DNA of 64,000 bases. Source: Minisyncoccota bacterium. Its GTDB lineage: Bacteria; Patescibacteriota; Minisyncoccia; JAHIHE01; JAGLIN01. Positions within the stretch are counted from its first letter, which is position 1; every line of letters begins with the position of its first letter. Position numbers and translations under genes: made by a program. Positions 56,731-64,000 of the stretch are shown here, one piece after another. The DNA lies in assembly GCA_041661265.1 (NCBI GenBank), contig JBAZUT010000001.1, positions 65,854 to 129,853 of the forward strand, in the 5' to 3' direction. The notes beneath the pieces were generated by a model that was not told the DNA's origin, ran no database searches, and saw only the letters and a program-made list of their open reading frames with translations.

Positions 56731-58008
56731 TCACTTGAACAGGATCTTCTTTACAAGCTCCTCCAATCTGAAGCCAAGATCCTTGCTCTCTTTGACCAGG
56801 ACAATCTCGGCTTGCCCGCCTGCGGGATCAATGGCCAGTTCTTTATTAAGATATCCGCGCGCCGAGATCTTTACAACAGCATTAACATCATCCAGATATG
56901 GAAATTCAAAATAGCCCCTCGTATCCGACAGTATATATTTTCCGGAATACGACACTTTTGCATCCGGAACGATCTCGTCCAGCTCATTATAGACGACCCC
57001 ATAGAAAGTTTTTGGATCATAGTATTTATTCAGAACGCCAGCTGCTTCTTTCTCTTTTCCGTCATCCCCCCAGATCGAAGTGGATCCGCCGACAGCTGTC
57101 CAATAATTAATACCTTTCAGCTTGCCCGAGTCTTTGAGGATCCAAAGCGCCCGTTCAACCCATTTCGCCTGTTCGCTTTCCGACAGATCGCCGTGAATGT
57201 CAGGAATAGGCGCGCCGAACTCACCCAGAACAACAGAACCTCCGCTCCCACTTGCAATATCCTCAACATCTTGCGCCAACTGTTCAGGAGTGCTGACATA
57301 GTGATCTATGGTCACGATTCCATCCAGGGCTTCGGTCGTTTCCTCGTCCATGACGAATCGCGCAACATCAGCGTTCATGGAAAAATAATTTGCCTGAACT
57401 TTTTTGTTTATGCTCTTGAAGGCCGACTTGGCTTCCCTATATTCGCCTATAATAAATTCCCTGAATCCCTCCACGTCCCCCGTTGAACGCGGATCCCCCG
57501 GTCCCCCATTCTCGCATTCGGGACAGCTTGAAAAAATATCCCCGTCTTCGAACAGGTCGGAGTTGAAGCGGATAAATTCCCCGGTATTTCTCAGATGCTC
57601 CTCCTTTGTGATCCTTGAATAATCAAACCACTCCTCCCATCCTGAAAAATTGCCCCTGAACCATACTTTTAATTTATATTTTCTTGCAGCGCCCACCCAG
57701 CGCTTGAGCATCGGAATGAACTCACTGTCGTAAGGAGTGGCTATGGCCACATGAGTTGAACCGATCGCGGCAATGTTCTTTACCTGATCGTCTATCACGG
57801 CATCGAAATCCTTGTCTTCCATCTTCTCACGGCTGAGATCGCGGGAATATTTCATCGTATCAACCGATTTGAAGCTCCAGAAATCCAGATCAGGCCTCGT
57901 ATAATAGACATCTGCGTGCGAAAAAACATTATAAGAATCCGCAAAGACAAGAATCGTAAAAATGATGATCGTAAAAATAAACAGTATACGAAATTTCATT
58001 TGTTTCAT
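56731..58008 (-). CDS. Secreted glycoside hydrolase, clan GH-A TIM-barrel-like (VLGEFGAP nucleophile-type motif), with a C-terminal beta-sandwich region
   Basis: Signal peptide; GEFG motif; family not assignable by eye. Confidence 0.45.
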   Translation of the reverse strand: MKQMKFRILFIFTIIIFTILVFADSYNVFSHADVYYTRPDLDFWSFKSVDTMKYSRDLSREKMEDKDFDAVIDDQVKNIAAIGSTHVAIATPYDSEFIPMLKRWVGAARKYKLKVWFRGNFSGWEEWFDYSRITKEEHLRNTGEFIRFNSDLFEDGDIFSSCPECENGGPGDPRSTGDVEGFREFIIGEYREAKSAFKSINKKVQANYFSMNADVARFVMDEETTEALDGIVTIDHYVSTPEQLAQDVEDIASGSGGSVVLGEFGAPIPDIHGDLSESEQAKWVERALWILKDSGKLKGINYWTAVGGSTSIWGDDGKEKEAAGVLNKYYDPKTFYGVVYNELDEIVPDAKVSYSGKYILSDTRGYFEFPYLDDVNAVVKISARGYLNKELAIDPAGGQAEIVLVKESKDLGFRLEELVKKILFK

Positions 58009-58058
58009 ATTAAATGATGCTAATTTAATATAACTATATTTGCGGATTTTTACAATAC

Positions 58059-59687
58059 TTACCTGTGTTCAAGTATCGGTTCTGTTATGAGATCTTTCAG
58101 ATATTCATCTTTCAATTGATATATATCGGCGAACGGATAATGATCTACAAGTTTAAAGCGCTCAAATCCGGCATTGTTTTTCATTGCTTTCCAGGTTGAG
58201 TCGTCATCGGAATTGCTTCTCATCACGATCCAGCGCGCCCATCTGTCGGGATTTATGAGCGCAGATTCATAATAAGCCCCGGCGCCTTCGTGAATGAACT
58301 TTTTCATCGGCAAGCCCGAAGAAAAAATGATCGAATCATGCGACGCAACAGAGATCAGAATGAATCCGGGTTCATCTTTTGTATTTTCACTGAGCCACCC
58401 GCTCACTTCAGTCACATTTTTCTGGCTTGAACCGAAGCGCGCATCATCAACTACCACCGCGTCTCCGTTGACAACTGAAAAAAAAGTGACCATGGCCAAG
58501 AGAGAAATAATGAGAACGCGCATCTTCGGGGCATAATGCACAATATAGCCGATAAAAATAGCGATCGAGGGCATCATCATGATCCCATAGCGTATATTAA
58601 ACCATGTTCTGCCAGAGAGTCCGTACACATAAAGAACCGAATGCCCTAAATACAGGGCAATGACATTGAATAGGAGAGGAGCAACTAAAATCATAGTTGC
58701 AAAACGAATATGCCAAGAAATATGCCTATTCGTCCACAGTGCCATTGCTCCGATCAGACCGATGATCAACGTGAAAGCATTGGAGTTATAAGCAAGTGCA
58801 TAAATATAAATTTCCGCAGATAAGAATAAATTATTTTTAGTCGCAAGAACTCCTGCGGTTTCTAGCTGCTTTTGCTGCGTATATGCAGAATATGGCCCGA
58901 AGATAAAATAAAAAGCGTCCTTGAATATAAGCAAGTTCCATATAAGCCATAGCACCACGCCAAACCCCCCCAGCGTCATGAACAAAACTACTATGCCTTC
59001 ACTTTTTGCGTATCCCCACTTTTGCCATACATAAAAGAATATCATAAGCGTCGCGAAAAAAAGCAAAAACCATCCGTCATATCGGACAAGTGTTGAGAGC
59101 ATGATCCAGAAAGATGCATAAATAAGATACAATATATTGCTCCTCTTAAACCAAAGTAAAAAATAATAAGATCCCGCAGTCATCGTTCCCAACAGCGTAA
59201 GTTCCGTCATTGCGGTTGATTGCAAATATAATATATTGATATTCGCAACAAAAATGGCCACTCCGACAAGCCTTCCCGACAGACCAACATTTAATTCTTT
59301 GAGAAAGTAATAGATCAAAACCCCCGTTCCGATAAAAGCGATCATGGAAGGCAAGGCTCCGGCAAGTCCGGAATGCCACATAAAATCATTCCATATGGTA
59401 GGTATCATCAGAATATGAGTAAGCGGCAGCCACACGCTTCCAAGTTGCGCGATGCCGGTATTCAGGCCTTCCACCACTCTTCTTCCGATATCCAAATGAG
59501 ATCGCGCATCGTTATAAGCCAACCCCAGACCATTATTATAATAATAGAGATAACCCACAACAGATATTGCGGTTAAAAATAAAATGACAAAAAAAATACA
59601 GTTTTTTATCAGATAAAGCCCAAGACCGTCCAGGGTATTTTTTTTGATAAGCAATTCCATATTATACTTTGAGACATTTATGATCAT
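58059..59687 (-). CDS. Large polytopic membrane protein, putative GT-C fold glycosyltransferase
   Basis: More than 10 TM helices, periplasmic C-terminal domain; neighbour of a GT39-like gene. Confidence 0.4.
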   Translation of the reverse strand: MIINVSKYNMELLIKKNTLDGLGLYLIKNCIFFVILFLTAISVVGYLYYYNNGLGLAYNDARSHLDIGRRVVEGLNTGIAQLGSVWLPLTHILMIPTIWNDFMWHSGLAGALPSMIAFIGTGVLIYYFLKELNVGLSGRLVGVAIFVANINILYLQSTAMTELTLLGTMTAGSYYFLLWFKRSNILYLIYASFWIMLSTLVRYDGWFLLFFATLMIFFYVWQKWGYAKSEGIVVLFMTLGGFGVVLWLIWNLLIFKDAFYFIFGPYSAYTQQKQLETAGVLATKNNLFLSAEIYIYALAYNSNAFTLIIGLIGAMALWTNRHISWHIRFATMILVAPLLFNVIALYLGHSVLYVYGLSGRTWFNIRYGIMMMPSIAIFIGYIVHYAPKMRVLIISLLAMVTFFSVVNGDAVVVDDARFGSSQKNVTEVSGWLSENTKDEPGFILISVASHDSIIFSSGLPMKKFIHEGAGAYYESALINPDRWARWIVMRSNSDDDSTWKAMKNNAGFERFKLVDHYPFADIYQLKDEYLKDLITEPILEHR

Positions 59688-61264
59688 GTTTTTATTTTAT
59701 CAGCGATCTTGATATTGCCTTCTTCCGAATACAGCCGCAGGATCAAAATCCCGGTCCCGACAGCTATCAGCGTAAAAATGATCCCGAGATATTGTCTGGC
59801 TGTGATACTGTCTCTCAAATACGTTTGAAATATAAATGATTTTGATCCGAATTTATTAAGATACTCCAGATTTCTCTCATAAGTGTATTTTTCCTCCTTA
59901 CCGCTGGTTTTCTCCAGTGCCAAAATCTCGATCTTGGGCGGAACGGCATTAGTTGTCAGAGCCCCCAGGGTGTTTATGGCGGAAGACGACATAAAAAGAA
60001 ACAGGAATATAACTATAAAAACGATATTTTTTCTGAAATGTGTCAGGCTCAGAGCCACGCCTATGCACAGAACGGCATAGGTCGGGATCAGATACCGTGA
60101 ACCGAAAGCCCATCCGCCATAGGGATCGCCCCACATTGAATAAAGCAGTATATTGAATCCTGCGATAGACAACAGGAGATTGCTGAATGAAGCTCCAGCT
60201 CGGGCATATAGAAAATAATAACCGAAAATGCCAAGAAGCACGACCGGAGTATAATTAATGATCCCTCTATCGGGGCTTATAAAATGTATATAAAATCCAT
60301 TGATCAGATTTCTGGTATCAAAAAAAGCAAATACATTTTTTTTGGAAGGCGTTCCCTGTGGCAGCTGAACATCAACCGCCTGATTGAAAACAGGATTATC
60401 CGGCAGGCCTTCACTGTTTATGGAGGTGACCCTTTGCAGAGAACCGGAAATTTGAAAATAACTTCCTTGCGAAACGCCATTGAACCACAGAAAAAAAGCG
60501 ATTGGAACGACCATTCCTATCATCGCCAGAAAACCCAGCGATCTTATTTTGATCGAAACAAATTCGGTACCCTTTTTGTCGATGCTGATGATTTTTTTCA
60601 TAAAACATATGGCGATAGGAAAAACAAAAAATATATTTGGGTTATCAACTACAAAAGACAGTCCGAACAAAAACCAAAAAATCGGCGCAGAATACCATTC
60701 TTTCCGCCTGAATAACAGATAAACGCCGAATAAAACGATAAACGTGGTGATATGATGCTGGGATAAAGTTACGCCATAGGTAAAAGCAGGAGACGCGAAA
60801 ATGAAGGAAAGCGCTCCCAGATTGGCAGCCATGGGATGCGCTCCAAGCCGAATAGCTATAGCCCTGATCAGGATCAGATTTAAAAAAGCGAACAAAGTTA
60901 TTACGGCAAAAGCGCCAAGCTGAGAGAATCCGAAATATTTACCAATTATATATCCCGGAATTATCAGAAAGGCGGTGCCGGGAGCAAACAGGGAAACATA
61001 TTGCCCCTTCTGATTGATGGCCAAGTCCGGGGTGGAAAAACCGGCAAGCGGCAAAGATAACTGCAATGACCTGTCCTCGACAACAGAGTAGGCCAATGCA
61101 AACCGGCCTCGCTCGTTCGACGATTCAAAAGGTCCTGTCTTCTCCCAATATAACGAATTAAGCTCCTGGCTCGTGGGATTTCCCCTGAGCCCGTGGATAG
61201 TCAATACCAGGATCATCGCTGAGAGCAGAATAAATGAGATTGTAAACAGATTTTCTTTTTTCAT
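59684..61264 (-). CDS. GT-C glycosyltransferase, family 39/83 (ArnT/PMT-like)
   Basis: N-terminal loop NERGRFALAYSVVED resembling the DE/ExRYA motif; polytopic topology. Confidence 0.5.
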   Translation of the reverse strand: MKKENLFTISFILLSAMILVLTIHGLRGNPTSQELNSLYWEKTGPFESSNERGRFALAYSVVEDRSLQLSLPLAGFSTPDLAINQKGQYVSLFAPGTAFLIIPGYIIGKYFGFSQLGAFAVITLFAFLNLILIRAIAIRLGAHPMAANLGALSFIFASPAFTYGVTLSQHHITTFIVLFGVYLLFRRKEWYSAPIFWFLFGLSFVVDNPNIFFVFPIAICFMKKIISIDKKGTEFVSIKIRSLGFLAMIGMVVPIAFFLWFNGVSQGSYFQISGSLQRVTSINSEGLPDNPVFNQAVDVQLPQGTPSKKNVFAFFDTRNLINGFYIHFISPDRGIINYTPVVLLGIFGYYFLYARAGASFSNLLLSIAGFNILLYSMWGDPYGGWAFGSRYLIPTYAVLCIGVALSLTHFRKNIVFIVIFLFLFMSSSAINTLGALTTNAVPPKIEILALEKTSGKEEKYTYERNLEYLNKFGSKSFIFQTYLRDSITARQYLGIIFTLIAVGTGILILRLYSEEGNIKIADKIKT

Positions 61265-61287
61265 AAACTAATGATATATAAATGGGA

Positions 61288-64000
61288 TCATGGAACTTCG
61301 GGAAAACGATTTGCATTGCTGTCTGCCGAATGATAATTTTCAGGTTTGAGAACGATGCCATCGGGGAACATGGGTCTAATCTGGCTTTTATAGAAAGAGA
61401 TCAATCTTTTCTTTTTATCCTCGAGGCCGGATATATCCAGTGAACCCAGGCTCGACACCGGGGCAAGACCAACTTTTACTTTGGCCCTCAAATTATAGGG
61501 AAAATCTTCCCAGAAAACAACCTTTGGAAAAACTTTCCGGCAAATCTCGCGGACCATGACATGATCCACATTTCCGCCAATGCCAAGGGGACAAAAGACA
61601 ACACAGTTTCCCGCTCTTTTCTTGAAATATCTCAGCTTCTTTTCGATCATTGCAAAAGTATGCGCATCGTTCTTCGAGATCTTTCCCGAGATGATATCGA
61701 ACTGATAAGTCGGATAAACATGAACCACTTCAGGTAAGAATCTTCCGATAATTTTCAAGATCGGAGATCCGTTTTTTTTCTTCCTGAATGAAGCGTCTTG
61801 AAAGCCAAGATGAATGTGCTTTGCGCCAATGGATTTGCATGCCTCCACGTCTTCTGATTTTCTGAGACAAAACAGGTCCTGGGCATTCTTATATCCTCCG
61901 CAAATTTTCAGATTTACTCCGGTCGAAAATGTATAAGGCGGCAGGGGTGCCTCGGTAAATATTGTCACGACCGTAGTTTCAGTTTTTGTTGCCAGACGCA
62001 AGAGCAACGCGCCCGAAGAAAGGATCGCGTCGTCCAAATGAGGCGATATAAAAACACATGGCGTCCTCTTGCTGATTATCTCCTCGATAATTGAGTTGAC
62101 ATCTGATCCTTTGTCCCTATAGCCCAAGACGTCATCGATGTGTTTTCCATATCTTCCCGCAATATTGTCCCAGTTATAATCTTTCAAAAATACCTTTAAT
62201 TTCTCAATGTTTATTTTCCGCTCTCCGCCTTGAACGGATAATTCCTGCATAATTTTTGCCATTGCCATTGCATCGAACGGCTCGGCCTTACATGAAAAAT
62301 CTCCAGGCAGCCATCTCAATCCTTCGATATCGAAAGAAACCACCGGAACACCGTGAGCCAAGGCCTCCAGGGCGGTCAGGGAAAAAGTTTCAAAACGGGA
62401 AGGGATGACCACGGCGATCGCTTCTCTGAATGCGTCATTTTTTTTCTGGCCGTCAACCCTGCCCAGTAATTTCACTTTTTCCGCGATTCCCAGTTCACGG
62501 ACCATTTTCACCAATCTTTCTTTCTCGCTTTGAGGTCCGCCTCCGGCGATCACCAATGAAAATTCTGTCTTTTGCGCGATCGAACTGTACGCCTCCAAAA
62601 GCAAATCCAATCCCTTCTGATCTATTTCCAGCCTTCCCATATATAGAAAATGTTTTTTTACCGGCCGGCCTTGCGCAAGATCGATTTCCACTCCGTTGGG
62701 AATGACTTCAATGAGCGCATGCGGATTTATCTCTCTTATTCTCTGCCCGCTTTCTCTTGTGGACACGATAAAATTTCTACACATTTTAACGCCCATATTC
62801 TCTATAATATGGAAAGGCAGCTTATATTTTCGGCGCATATCTTCTCCGGCGAGCATATGAACCATGCCGATGACGGGCTTTTTTGTAAAAACAGACAGGA
62901 ATGCGGTTGAGAAAGGCGGCATAAAACTTTCTACCCAAACATCAAAATCGCCTGCAATAACATAATACGGAAGCGACGCCTGGAAGATCAGCTGGCTGAG
63001 CTTTGGACCGAAAAAACTGAAGCCGGCATATTCATAGCATACGCCATCGATCCTGCGTTTTTTTGCACCGGGATAATTACCGCAAATTATTTTCACGTCA
63101 AATCTGTCGGCAAGACGTCTGGCCACTTCATGAACCACCAGCGCCCCGCCACCGTTATAATACGGATTACCGATAGAGTCATAGGATGAAATGATCATTA
63201 TCTTTTTCCTTTCTCCGACCTCTATTTTTTTTGAAGAAGAGATCGGTTCCCATCTCGCCTCTGTTCTGTCTTTGTCTATCATACATAGAATTCTCACCAG
63301 GGGGACCATTCCCAGATAAAGTACGGTCCAAAAGGGGTTTTTTATCATTCTCCTCGCCAAATAGACCGCCTTAGCCTCAAGTCCTATCGTATAATACTTT
63401 TCAACGAATTCCTTGTCATAGCTCAATTCCTGGATCCCTTTGGATTTTATGAACCGCTTATATTGCTTGAGGTAGTCGGAAAGAGTTTCGGGAAGCTTGT
63501 AATGAACGAGAGCTTTTTCCGCTGAAACAAAAGCATATTTTTTCTGTTCGCAGTAGAGGAAGGGAAAAACATCGTCCGCCGACGTTTCAGGAAATTTCAT
63601 TTCTTTATATAATGTCTTCCCGAAAGCCCTGACGCTTCCTTCCGAGAAATATAAAGGCGAGGCATATTTCGACTTTCTGAGGTCATTCCAGATCCCGACT
63701 CCCGTAAAAGCTATCTTTTGAACGAATGTCTTGGGCGGGAGCGGAAAAGCAAGGCCGGATGAATATACAGCCCTTCCCTCAATAATGGGCCTGATAAGAT
63801 CCTTTATGACATCCGGCGAAGATAATCTGATATCCGCATCCAGGATCACGACAATATCCGACCCGGCAACAGAAAAGACCTCGTTTATCCTTGCCGGCTT
63901 GCCTTTCCTTTCGGGAGAATCTATCAGCCGTATCCTTTCGTCCTTGAAAGATGCGACAATCGCGGACGTTTTGTCCGTGCTTCCGTCGGAAATGATAAAT
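61288..64000 (-). CDS. Multi-domain fusion, 5'-partial (continues past the window end): GT2 glycosyltransferase, then GT4 (group 1) glycosyltransferase, then C-terminal PIG-L/LmbE deacetylase
   Basis: In-frame read-through upstream of the GTG at 63849 (ISDGSTDKT...LDAD); GT4 E-x7-E region (RFETFSLTALEALAHGVPVV); LmbE motif ISPHLDDAILSSG. Confidence 0.6.
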   Translation of the reverse strand, partial: FIISDGSTDKTSAIVASFKDERIRLIDSPERKGKPARINEVFSVAGSDIVVILDADIRLSSPDVIKDLIRPIIEGRAVYSSGLAFPLPPKTFVQKIAFTGVGIWNDLRKSKYASPLYFSEGSVRAFGKTLYKEMKFPETSADDVFPFLYCEQKKYAFVSAEKALVHYKLPETLSDYLKQYKRFIKSKGIQELSYDKEFVEKYYTIGLEAKAVYLARRMIKNPFWTVLYLGMVPLVRILCMIDKDRTEARWEPISSSKKIEVGERKKIMIISSYDSIGNPYYNGGGALVVHEVARRLADRFDVKIICGNYPGAKKRRIDGVCYEYAGFSFFGPKLSQLIFQASLPYYVIAGDFDVWVESFMPPFSTAFLSVFTKKPVIGMVHMLAGEDMRRKYKLPFHIIENMGVKMCRNFIVSTRESGQRIREINPHALIEVIPNGVEIDLAQGRPVKKHFLYMGRLEIDQKGLDLLLEAYSSIAQKTEFSLVIAGGGPQSEKERLVKMVRELGIAEKVKLLGRVDGQKKNDAFREAIAVVIPSRFETFSLTALEALAHGVPVVSFDIEGLRWLPGDFSCKAEPFDAMAMAKIMQELSVQGGERKINIEKLKVFLKDYNWDNIAGRYGKHIDDVLGYRDKGSDVNSIIEEIISKRTPCVFISPHLDDAILSSGALLLRLATKTETTVVTIFTEAPLPPYTFSTGVNLKICGGYKNAQDLFCLRKSEDVEACKSIGAKHIHLGFQDASFRKKKNGSPILKIIGRFLPEVVHVYPTYQFDIISGKISKNDAHTFAMIEKKLRYFKKRAGNCVVFCPLGIGGNVDHVMVREICRKVFPKVVFWEDFPYNLRAKVKVGLAPVSSLGSLDISGLEDKKKRLISFYKSQIRPMFPDGIVLKPENYHSADSNANRFPEVP

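Overview
This 64 kb window is low-GC (about 40%), gene-dense bacterial DNA. Its gene content (many small membrane proteins, pseudopilin-like and thrombospondin-type Ca-binding repeat proteins, minimal metabolism) fits a small-genome organism, possibly Patescibacteria/CPR-like, but that is a guess. Housekeeping genes recognised with high confidence: rarA (RarA/MgsA), ppsA (PEP synthase), groES-groEL with a CIRCE element and sigma70-like promoter, uvrA, recQ, RNase J, trpS, tRNA-Leu(CAG), pgi, secG, an OppA-type substrate-binding protein, YvcK/CofD-like, a GlmU-like bifunctional enzyme, an M20 peptidase, an AdoMetDC (speH-like), LemA, three M48/HtpX proteases and a 3' glycosylation cluster (GH, two GT-C, and a GT2-GT4-LmbE fusion that runs off the window). 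Accessory or unusual content: (1) a REP/RAYT unit (Y1 HUH transposase flanked by, and containing in frame, a 27-bp palindromic repeat); (2) a roughly 3.5 kb higher-GC island between groES and a nucleotidyltransferase gene, bounded by imperfect 40-bp direct repeats that look like a displaced gene 3' end (att-like), carrying a translationally coupled three-gene operon of unrecognisable proteins; (3) a recQ / HTH / BroN / RhuM / frameshifted PrimPol cluster whose two transcription units share an identical 29-bp palindromic operator-like repeat; (4) three tandem modules of promoter, conserved 26-27 aa ORF, intrinsic terminator, small gene; (5) repeated M48-protease / TSP3-repeat protein gene pairs; (6) attenuator-like leaders upstream of small Zn-ribbon genes. 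Positions I located by eye rather than from the ORF table may be off by 1-2 nt. No CRISPR array or rRNA was seen.
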